This document shows positions 1 through 10,509 of a DNA stretch of 64,000 bases, in pieces. A program made the translations under genes and the position numbers. The stretch covers positions 1 to 64,000 of the forward strand of contig MEDY01000044.1 in the NCBI GenBank assembly GCA_001724265.1, given 5' to 3'. The notes under the pieces are model-generated. The model was given only the letters and a program-made list of their open reading frames with translations. It made no database searches and was not told the DNA's origin. This stretch comes from Rhizaria sp. SCN 62-66. Its lineage: Eukaryota. Every line of letters begins with the position of its first letter. Position 1 is the stretch's first letter.

Positions 1-347
1 CAATTTATTCAAACAACAATCGGACGACGTTTAAAAAACCGTAAAAATCAACCACTATCTCTATAATTTTCGCTCACTATCTGTATAATCGACTGTACAA
101 GGATAATTGACATTGATCAATAATATACAACAACATGCAACCACGCTTAAGATATGAAGTATATTCATTAGGGTACCTGCGGAGTGACAAAGTGTAGATT
201 GTAGTCGACAAATGTGTACGCCTCGATTGTAACACAAATGAGCTGCGAGTTGTATTCTGGAAGAAGACACAACGACAAGTGATATGTAACCGATGACTAA
301 CTAGTACCGCTCTTGAAATGTGCAACTGTTTGTTTTTGTTGTTATAG

Positions 348-3243
348 GCTCAATTCGCGCTTCTCAACTCAGAGCCTTCCAATGCGACTGTTCCATTGCC
401 TTCCGCCGCTGTCGCAGCAGCAGCAACAGCAGCAACTGCAGCAGGCACTGCAATCGCCACTCACATCCTACCGAGCAAACCCAATGTACGTTTTTTTACA
501 GTTGCGTGTTCGTAATTATCACCTTTCTTTGACACTGACAAATGCAGTCTGTGCAAGTTATTCTTGAACACCAAGTACTCATGAATTGTACTGAACTGGA
601 TACCAGAGTTGTATCAGTACTGTAAGCTTAACACGTAAGTTACGATGCTCTGTGACGGTAATAATATTTTCCATCATCTGCGCTCATCTAATTCTTTCTG
701 CACCCCCGAAATCCATTATGTTCTTTTCCCAACTGCTTTGGACCTTTGATACTCGCATAGTACTGCCACCGGCACGACCACCCGATTGAGATCATCAACT
801 GGTGCGACACTTGCAACACCACCGCGTGCGCGCAATGCACATATCTGTTCGGCGAGCACAAGGATCACACGGGCCGCTTGCTCAGCAGCGTGCGCGCTGA
901 GCTGAAGACACGCGCAGAGCAGCTACCGCCGCAGCTGGCTCGCTTTGAACGCGACGTCAAGGTACGGATACACTTTGAAACACTTAAGTATTGCGAATCT
1001 CCCTCATAATAGCGTTTTCAGCGCAATTTAGGTGCTGTGTCTAAGTGTTATTGAGAAGAAAATATCAAGCAAAATTAGCATCTAAAAATGAAGCAAAATT
1101 ATCTCATATGCAATACGTTCTTGCATCGACTGTGTACTTGCAACTCAGGAGCGGAATGTCGATATGACTCACTTCAAGACCGAGGTCGAGGACGCGCATA
1201 CGGCTCTGCTTGACAAGAGCAAGTCCTTCACCGCCCAAGCCGCCGCCCCGCTTGCGACAGTGTTGTCGCAGCTCAAGCTTTACACCGCGCAGTCAATTAG
1301 TGCTGAAGAGAAGAGGCTCACAAAGGCACGCCGCAACCTCGAAGGCGTCAGCAGATCTGTTGCTGCGCCTGAGGTCACGGCAATGGCCGCACTTGTTGCA
1401 GCAAGCCCTGGCTGGCCCGCGAGCGTGGGCCCTGAGTTAAAAATCAGTAACATCAAGTAGTTGGTGAGCGCGCTTTCGCTGTTGACAAGCTTATCTCTAC
1501 AAGCGACGATGAGAGCGACGACGATGAAGACTGCCACATCGACGGTATTGTAAGCGCCCCATCTATTGTTAATTCTGCAATCAAAGCTGTAGATGCGGCT
1601 GCCTCTGTTGGCGTGTCCGTTGTTACTCCTCCTTTCACAACTGTTGCAAGTACCTTTGGCTGCGTAAACGTATCTGTTACTGTAGGCGTAAAGTCGGAAG
1701 GTAGTAACAAAGGTCAGACTCGCGGATTTGGTCAGGTGTGGTTAACAGGAGGCAATAATGATATGAGCGAGGATGCGAATGGAAGCAAGTCTCATGTGGA
1801 GTCCGACGTCAACGCTAAGAACGCAGCAACTATTGCTGGCTTAGAAAACGGACACACAGCCGTCATCAAGGTAGGCCTTCCAGCAGCACTAAACGTTGCG
1901 CCGTCTCAACACAATGCGAATAACACTATAGCAAGCAGCGACACTACTGTGTTGCGTGTACGTTGCGCTGTGTCGTTCCCTGACGTTTTCAGCAGGCGCG
2001 TGCATTGCAGCTGTGCGTTGATGTTATGGCGATTGAGATTGATGCACAAGTCGATGCCAGGCAGCAAAATGTAGTTTTTGCGCTGGAGGCCGAGACAAAT
2101 GTTTGGCAGGTTTGCAAGGTCGATTATGATAAGAGGATTCGTTTGCTAGAGTATGACAAGGAGACGTCGCAGAACAAGCAACGCGCGTTGGAGACTGAGA
2201 AGCTGAGTTGGCAGAAGTGCAAAGCCGATTATGATAAGAGGATTCGCTTGCTAGAGTCTGACAAGGAGGCTCTGGAGACTGAACTAGCGCCGCACCGGCA
2301 ACGAGTTGCTGATGAAGCATATAAAAAGGCTAAAGTGGAAGAGGAAGCCAAGGCAAAGGCAGAGGAAGATGAGGCTCGACGTCAAAACGCGCTGTGGGTT
2401 ACTTCATTAAAGTCTTCTGAATGGGTGGCCGAGTTTTACACGCACATTGCGTGTACTCTTGAGGAAAGCGGCTACCCGCGACGGCTCAATAGTCCGTGGA
2501 AAGCGCTTCCAGCCCCTGCGCGCAAACTTGGCGCGCCATCGTCAGCGGTACTTAGTGCACTGCAAAAAAAGGCGCGTGATCGCATTTTGTCTTACACAGC
2601 ATCAACTTTAAAAGAAAAATCCAATTCGGATTTGTTAATGCGGGCACAGTTTCTTTGCCCTGCCACGAACCAGAAAATCCGTTACAGTTTGGTAATCCGG
2701 CTTGATGATGCAAAGTTCCCCGCCAACGCCGCTTATGTTCGCGCCGCTGCGAGGAGCGGCAACTTGGGCGACTTAGTGCACCGTTTCGTGCCACGTGGCA
2801 ATTCTGCAGCAAAAAAGCTTTATGTCACGCTCTACGACTCTTAGTACAAAGGGGTATGTAAAAAAAAGCCTATAACGCTTCCTGACACTGATATCGTATA
2901 CGGAGAGTATACAGCACCTGGTGCTGACACGAGCCTGATCTATCCAGTCGGCACAGTACTCGTATATCCACGCATTACTGGAACGTCCAGTGGTGGCTCC
3001 CATGACACACCTGTATTCATCGTCTTCAAGCCCTGCGTAGCAAGTCTCCTGGGCGGTGCAGTGCCTGTCGGTTGCGTGATGTCGTGTGTGAAGGGGACAA
3101 CAGCGGCGAAAGCTGACAACAGTAGCATGCCATTCCATGATGATGTGTTGCGCTGTTTTGAGTCTTACTGCAGTTAGAAGAAGTGCTTTCAACAATCCAC
3201 TATCTCATGCTGCAAGTTTGAAAAAATTCATGGAATGAATTGA
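348..3243 (+). CDS. Multi-exon B-box zinc finger / coiled-coil / divergent cyclophilin-like protein (TRIMCyp-like architecture); 5' end uncertain
   Basis: Proposed exons 348-485, 761-961, 1149-1463, 1490-1870 and 1993(or 1996)-3243 have phase-compatible GT..AG borders. Exon 761-961 encodes CHRHDHPIEIINWCDTCNTTACAQCTYLFGEHKDH (B-box). The last exon reads through TAG 2842-2844 and TAG 3175-3177 to TGA 3241-3243, and there is another in-frame TAG at 1458-1460. The 1463/1490 join needs a 26-nt intron or a 1-nt frameshift. Confidence 0.7.
764..868 (+). other. B-box type-2 zinc finger coding segment
   Basis: C-x2-H-x9-C-x2-C-x4-C-x2-C-x6-H-x2-H spacing matches the B-box 2 pattern. Absent from the ORF track because it is an internal exon. 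Confidence 0.8.
962..1148 (+). other. Spliceosomal intron
   Basis: AAG|GTACGG ... CTCAG|GAG, AT-rich, joins ...ERDVK to ERNVDMTHF in phase 0. Confidence 0.8.
1871..1992 (+). other. Spliceosomal intron with tandem CAGCAG acceptor
   Basis: AAG|GTAGGC ... CTGAC (branch-like) GTTTTCAG|CAG; joins the 1613 frame to the 2005 frame in phase 0. Confidence 0.7.
2080..2283 (+). repeat. Intragenic ~105-nt (35-aa) tandem duplication in a coiled-coil region
   Basis: ALEAETNVWQVCKVDYDKRIRLLEYDKE / ALETEKLSWQKCKADYDKRIRLLESDKE / ALETE; the DNA core GATTATGATAAGAGGATTCG occurs twice. Confidence 0.85.
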
Positions 3244-3341
3244 ACGATATATTAGGAAGCGTTTCGAGGTCAATTAGTCAATGAAGTGTTGGGTAAGCGA
3301 CTTAATAAAATAAACATGAAAATCTCGCAACAATCACGAGC

Positions 3342-3974
3342 TCACTCGTTTACTCGTAGGTGTAGGTCGCTTCCTCTCACTGCGTCATACGCAGCGCCGA
3401 GCCAGTTGTTACATTTGCCAGTGTTCTTCTTGCCACCGCTGTTGACGTTAGCGCTACTTTCGGAAGCAGTCTTAGTGTTGTTGCAATCGTTGTCGTTGGC
3501 GTAGTTGTCATCATAAGTCATCGTAGGATCAATGATGGCCGGCGTGATGTCCAATACAATGGGTGCAACCAATGAAGGCTGCGGACTGCAAGGCGCGTGT
3601 TGTTGCAGTGGTTGCGAGTCTTGCGGTGGAAATTGCTGCTGAAGTTGCGGCTGTGGCGCGGCGCGTGACAACGGCAGCTAACGCAGGTTTCGTCTTCCAA
3701 ACGGTTGCGCTTGCAGCACGTTCTCATGTGACATCCGGGGAGCTGCAGACGTCACAGACGCGGAAGCTGCGTTCTACGTAGAAACCAAAACTGACATATT
3801 CTTGCGTGGCTGCAGTGGCACTTGTAACTGCCGACCGCTGAGAGCGTCTCGGTCTGTATGAATTGGGACTCGGTGATACGATACTGGATGAGACGAAAGC
3901 AGAGACAGAGTGTGTCGTCGCCGCAGAAAACGCACAAAAGGCTCTGCAAAGTAAGGCCGATTATACGGCGACAA
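3342..3974 (-). CDS. Hypothetical Gln/Pro/Asn-rich protein or degenerate gene
   Basis: ORFs 3774-3974 and 3342-3671 are one frame, separated only by TAG 3774-3776 and TAG 3678-3680, and end at TGA. The 5' frame is ambiguous and no domain is recognised. Confidence 0.35.
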
Positions 3975-5037
3975 GCCTTGTTAAGGGCTGAAAGCTAACG
4001 CGGGGTTGCGAGGGAGACGCAAGTAGTACGGAGGAGACACGGCGAGTGGGCCTGAGAATGCAAGCGTCATGAAATTCGTGTCTGACTCTAGAGCTGTGCA
4101 CAAAATAATCAGATTTGGATTTGACCGTACGTGCAGCACGCGTAAGACCACATTTCTTTTACAGTAAATACAAGTGCGCACTTTGACACACATTTGTGTG
4201 TACCATTCTGCAAAGGATGCTGCTTGAGCGAAACCATGATCTCAAGGCTCTGCGGCGAGGTTGCTTGAGTGATATGCGGATGCACGTTTTCAATGTTGCA
4301 AGGTTTAATTACAGAATAATGGTTGTTAGCAGAATATGTGAGTCAGTTGCATGCAAGAGCTTTTAAAGTGCCACGAGTCACAGCTTCAAGTTGATGTCGC
4401 ACCCGAACACATCAAGCGCTAGCTAGTAAAGAAATCAGTTAATGCACTGTGAATGCCGTGAGGCAACATTAACAAGTACACAAATTTGAAATATATTACG
4501 TGCTTAAGTGCCTTACGTGCTTGAGTGTAGCTTCACATGTGTATTCAAAGCAGGCTGCGCACAAAAACATGGGAGTTGCGTGTGTGGTGATATGTAGGTT
4601 GTCCTAAATTGCCTTGCAATAACACATATAACTTCATGTATTGATGGTTTATAAAGCTGCCGCACATTTTATATACCATCAATCACCGTTTAAAATAGTT
4701 CGATGTATTTATATGCCAATAGACCTCATGTGTCATCTTCAACCTTCGTCTCTAGAAGTGAGACATGTCGCTTAATACTACGAATTAGTGTCGAAGCTGT
4801 GGATCGCCGTGTGAAGGTTTACCTGTCAACAAAGCGAGTCGAGGCCCGGCATGTCTAACAACGGTACAAATCTCCTGCAGCATGGCATCAGAGCCCATGT
4901 TAGAGTGACTAATCATCATACCTTCACGCGCCCTCTGCGTACTTTTCTCTATTCGACCGCGCTGCAGTTTTATTTAGTTAGCCAATACACTAAGCGTGAC
5001 GCACGTACTTATCTTCATTTGATATACCATTTTCCAG

Positions 5038-5932
5038 AACCAAGGCTCTCTCGCCAACGTCGCTCCACCTGAGACTGCTCACGCAGATGGCGCCACCGCT
5101 GAATCGTCGATCTTGTCGTCGCTGTCATCAGAGTCGTTGACATGGGAGTCCATAATGCAGTTCTCCGGCTGGGAACCCAAGTTTGATGCGCACATTGCGT
5201 GCACCCTCGAAGCCAGCGGCTACCCGCGTCGTCTCAAACGCGACCCATGAACGGAGGAGGTCGAGCCCTTCGCCGCCCCTGGACGACGAGCGGCTCCCTG
5301 CCAACGCCGCGCACGTCCGCGCTGCAATAGGGAACACGCTGGGACGCCTGCTGCACCAGTGCTTTGTTCCTCCGGGGCAAACCGCGGCGTCGCTGCCGTT
5401 CGTGACGTGGTACACTGGCGTGCTCCACTGCAGCTCGTAGACGCTCACGCTGCCGGACAGTGACATCGTCTACGGCGAGTACGCAGCGCCGGCCGCCAAC
5501 GCGGGTGTGGTGTATCCGGCCGGCACGAAGCATGTGCATTCGCGGGCAGTCGTTCCGGTCGACCCACCGTCGTGCGGCGGCGAGTGCGTGGCTGATACGC
5601 TGATGTTCCTCGTCTTCAAGCCGTGTGACGCGACGCTCTTGCGCGGCGCAGTGCCCGTTGACCGCGGGCTGTGCTGCTACACTGACTATGCGCAAGCGAA
5701 GGTGTATGATAGCGGGGACACTCCCTTTGACGAGGAGATGATACGGTGCTTCGAGAGGCCCTGTGCGCAGGAGACGTGCACTACGTACGAGTCAACAAAC
5801 AGGACAGACGTTCATTAGTGTTTATTAGGTTTGCCGAGAGTGACATGGCGCGCACCAGCGGTAATGTGCCTGTACGTGAACGGATTCGGAACTCAGTTTG
5901 TAGTTGCTCTATCGCGTGATGATGAATGCTAA
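5038..5932 (+). pseudogene. Disrupted paralog of the cyclophilin-like family
   Basis: WEPKFDAHIACTLEASGYPRR and LDDERLPANAAHVRAA...DIVYGE...VYPAGT...FLVFKPC...GAVPV...PFDEE match the 2005-3243 exon. There is a TGA at 5248-5250 where the paralog has Trp, and a frameshifting loss of ~58 codons near 5278. In-frame TAGs lie at 5438-5440 and 5816-5818. Both ends are uncertain. Confidence 0.7.
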
Positions 5933-6783
5933 TTTCGAAATCTAGTGACCACTCACAATGGTGACTGGCGACTGTGAGTTCAAAGAGAGGTATGGGGCAA
6001 GGGGCTGAGAGCCGAGAGAAGGAGCAGATAACATAATACAATGTATACTATACTGGTGAGTATCGATCAAAAGGACACCACTTTTGACCACCTCAACTTC
6101 AACCGCCATCAGCCACCTCGCTCCTCGCCTTACAAACCGGATTTCACCACTTCACATCCTCACATGTGATGAAAACAAAATTTAAGGCCATTTTCGTTGC
6201 AAATGAATACTTGATTGACAAATATTTTGCGATTCAATTATAATGCAATGAGAGATATATAGATATGCGCTAAAATTTCCCTATATACGAAGAATAAGCC
6301 AAATTTCAGATACATTACTTCCTAGGAGCAACTCGGTCGCACGTGTCACTTGTGACAATTGGCGCGTATATCGGCGTATAAGCAGACAGAGAACTTGCGA
6401 GAGAGAGCGATAACAGTACATGATATAGCGCACATATTTTTTATCGTAACAATGCGCGTTAAAGCAAGTTCCTTCTGTTGTGAGTCATATCAGTGACGAA
6501 AGTCACTATTCCGAAACGAGCGTCGGGGCTGCTGTGGCCTCCAACACCAATGGTCAAAAACATGCGATTCCCATACCCAGTAACTGTAGAATTAAGTTTC
6601 ACAAAATGATTCAATTTCAAAACGAACGTTTTGTCATAATTATATAATTATACATCGCAAAACTTTATATTCACTCTGCTTCATTCCTTTTTCCTTCCGC
6701 CCAATTGCACTCTAACACAAAACTGAAACGGCTCTCCTCTCTACATTTTCCTTCCTTGACCCCCTTACTCACCCTAAAGCCCG

Positions 6784-9411
6784 ATGTCGCACTCTGCGGC
6801 ATTTCGGGAACACCACGCATTTGCTACTACTCAGGGCTCCGCGCCCGGTGCCCAGACTGTGCGCTTTACTCCGGTCTACGGTCCTCCACAGCCCTCCACT
6901 CAGATGAGCAGTCGCAACCCCAATGACAGTAGCACTAGGACGAGCAGTAGCACTCCCAGCTCGAGCGCGCAGCTACCGCAGTCGTTTTCTTCCTCCGCGC
7001 ACGTGCGGCGGTACCCCGCAGTATACTCTTCGACGGCGCAACACGCACTGCAGCATCTGGACAGCACACACCGCTCCGCCGAGGCCTCGGCGTGGGACGC
7101 GCCCACCACGGCCTTCGCCGAGCAGCTCCCGCCGCCGCGCCGCCGCTTCGTGCCCGCGCGCGCGCGCTCCGCGCTGGCCGCGATTCCTGCACTCGCACCC
7201 GTCGCCGCGCACAGCGGCCGGCCTCTGCGTGTCGACGTGGGCGTGAACCTGCCGCGCATCGCACAGCTCGACGCGGCCGTGCGGAGCCAGGTCCGCTTTC
7301 TGGACAAGATCGTGCCGCAGTACATCGCCGACGCGGATAACGACGGCGTCCCAGACAACTTTGACCCCGGCAACCCCCATCACGCCGCCGCGCAGTCGCA
7401 GGCTCAGTCGCCGTCGCAGTCTGAGCCGCCGCCCGCGCCCGTGACTGCGGCCGAAGTGCGCGCGATCGCAGCGGGCGCGCGGCCTAGCGCGCACGTGCAA
7501 GAGCTGCTGCGGCTGCGGCAGCTCTGGGACGCGTATGGGCGCGCGCAGTCGCGGGCCGTCGCGGAGCGGGTGGCCAGGGCCAGGGCTGCCGCCAACACGG
7601 CGAGCGCGCGCACTGCCTCTGCCTCTGCCTCTGCATCTGCGTCTGCGTCACAGTGCCAGAGTGGCGTACGCCACGGCAGTGTGGCGCATGGTGCGGACGG
7701 CTACACCAGTGCAAGGCAGCATCACCAACAGCTCAAACACTCACGTGACAGTGGCCCAGGGCAAGGGGGCCACAGTCACTCGGAGGGTCGGCCTCAGCTT
7801 CAGGGGGAACATGGGTTCGATGAGAACTACGCGCAGAGACGCGAGGCCGCTGCTGCTCGCGCCGCCGCTCGGGCCCAAGTCGTTTCTATGTTCATGACCC
7901 CTACTGGCAGCAACAGTAGCAACATTAACAGCGAGAGCAACAACAAATCCACCGCGGGCAACGGCTCCCGGTCGCGCCGCCACCTTGGCTTCTTCAGCTC
8001 TATCGGCGGCCTCGCCGGCAGCGACGGGAGCGCGGGCAGCGGCGGCGGCGGCAGCGCGCTCGAGGCCCGCGTGGCCCTGACGCGGCGCGCGCGGCGGCAG
8101 CAACTGGCTACGGCGGCGGCGTCGCGCGCGCAGGCCGGCGCGGCGGAGCGGATCGTGGCCGAGACGCGGGAGCAGGGGCGCCGCGGCAGGGCGGCAGCCG
8201 AGGCGCGCGCGGAGAAGCGGCGGCTCAAGCAACAACAGAAACAACAGCAGCAGCAGACGATTGTTGTGAAGGACGGTGTTGCTGTAGTCGTGAACAGTTA
8301 CAACGGCCAGGAGAATGATTTCGACGATGAGGACGAGGACGAGGACGAAGACGACGAGGGGCACATGGTCCTACAGTCGCTTTGCGCTGGCGCTGGCGCG
8401 GGCGCGGGCGCGGGGTCACTGGGGCTGGGCGACAAGACTGCGGGCGCAAAGACAGGGGCCGCTGGCGCTGGGGCAACTGGGGCAGGATTGGACCGTGAGG
8501 AGCAGATGTTGCCGCACACGATGGCCTTCGTCAAGGTACGCAGGAGTTTCTCGAACTTGTTTTCATGTTTACTGAGCTCAATGCATTGTTTCTACACGAC
8601 TCTCTTTGTATATTCAATTTAAACTCACTGGTTGCTTGCATTGTTCGTGTTTCGTTTTTTGCGTTGTTTCCCTCAACTTCAGGCCATCGGTCTGCGCGCG
8701 ACGCCGTGGCAGGTCTCGGTGCCCGCCGCGCACTCGGCGCCCGCCGTGGGGCCAGGATCGCTTGCGAACGACCTGCGCCCGCGCTCGCGCGCGCAGTCGC
8801 GGGCCCAGTCGTCGCGTCCACACTCAGGCCACCCACAGCCTCAGCCTCAGTCGCAGTTCACGCAGTCGCAGTCTCTGTCGCAGTCGCACTCTTTGCGCCC
8901 CCAGTCGTCCCACCATTACTCGTCCTACGACCGCGGGTCGGCGCCCAACACCGCGCGCGTGCTCACCGGGGGTTCTGGCAGCTACGACACCACAGCACGC
9001 TACAACGCCGCAGCACACGGCCAGTCTGCCGATGCCGCCGCGCCCGGTCACGCCGTGCTCGCGGGCGGATACACGGTCCCCGTCCCCACCCCGACCGGCG
9101 CCTCGAGCTTCAGTGGCGGCGGCGGCGCCTCGCGGCCCTCTCGCCCGGCCACCGCGCGCGTGAGCGTGGTGCCGCGCCGCGCGGCCTCCCCGCGCGCGGC
9201 GCTGGCGTCCCGCAACTTCGCCTTCGACAAGTCCGCCGCGCAGGCCGCGCAGGCCGCGCAGGCTTTTGCCGCGGCCGCCACGGGGCACTCTGCGCGCGGG
9301 TCGCCGCGGGGCGGGGCCGGGCGCGCGGGCGGCGGCGCGGCGAGCGAGGAGGTGCAGGAACCCGACCCGGTGTACGGGCCCCAATATGTGCTCCGCGTCA
9401 GGCCGGTTTAA
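6784..9411 (+). CDS. Hypothetical Ala/Ser/Gln-rich protein, 2 exons (6784-8535, 8683-9411), ~826 aa
   Basis: Long GC3-rich frame from ATG 6784; one phase-0 intron; TAA stop followed by AT-rich DNA; no recognised domain. Confidence 0.75.
8536..8682 (+). other. Spliceosomal intron (147 nt)
   Basis: AAG|GTACGC ... T-rich ... TTCAG|GCC with a sharp GC drop; contains the in-frame stop that ends ORF 6784-8622. Confidence 0.85.
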
Positions 9412-9841
9412 GCGCTGTAGTCCGCAGATATACGCCTTCAAGTATTTATAGTATATTTCTACATAGTTACGATTATTTCAAGTCGATTTTGTCTGAATAA
9501 ATCCCGATTGTATTTGTTTATCACAACAAGCATTTGCGTTTTTAAGTTCCCACCACAAACGCTTTTTGGCGAGACTGTCGTGCCGCAAAGATGGCCCGAG
9601 AGACGAGAATTCAGAAGGCAAAATCTACGCTGTCTCGTGTACTAAGACTTATCTGGCACGATATCTGATTGCTAAACCCAATGAATAACGCAAACCCAAT
9701 TTGGTTCACCCGCTGATTCCGCGACAAGCAGTCTCCACCCTTTCTTAAATCCCCTCTGCATCCTCAGCTCTGCGCTACCCCTTCTCACTTTGCACCTGCG
9801 CCCTGTCTTTCCCCGCATCACCTGCCACAGTACCATTCGGT

Positions 9842-10472
9842 ATGTCTGGCTTTTTTGACGACGACGAAGTCCCCGTCCCCGTTCCTGGTGCGGCTCAGGC
9901 CGCCCGCAGCGCCGCCCAGAGCGGCTCCGGCCGCGGCGGCAGCGCCTCTTCGCGCCGCGGCGGCCGTGGCGGCTCGGCGGGCGGCGCAGGCTCTGCGCTC
10001 TCGGAGGGCGCGGCGGCGCGCACCAACGACGCCATCTCCGCGTTCTACGCTGCGGCCGCGGTTGCCGCGGGCGACGCCGCTGACGGTGCGGCATCTGATT
10101 CGCAACAGAACAAGGGCGGTCGCGACAATAGTGCGGACAACAACAGTAGGAACAGTAACAACAACAATGCGCGGCAGAAGAAGCCTCCGCTGCAGCAGCA
10201 ACAGCAACACCAACATCAAGGTAGGCCACCATCAGAAGGAGGTAGTCGTGAACAGAACAGGAACAGTCACAGTAAACCTGACTCAAAGGATGCCAAAGAT
10301 CCCAAAGACGCCAAGGACGCGAGCAGCAACAAGAACAAGCCGAGGGACTCTAGGGACTCTGCCAAGGACGCTAATAAGGACAGCAGCAACAAGGATAGCA
10401 ACAACACCAGTAACTGCAGCTCCCGTCCCTCCGGCTACGACCGCAGCGACCGTGGCAGCGACCGCGGCGACC

Positions 10473-10509
<37 letters not shown>

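Noticed and set aside
172..278. Additional upstream exon of the B-box gene (YLRSDKV[TAG]IVVDKC...KTQRQ)
   Set aside because: Phase-compatible with exon 348, but the donor is weak and there is no motif or RING pattern, so it is not supportable.
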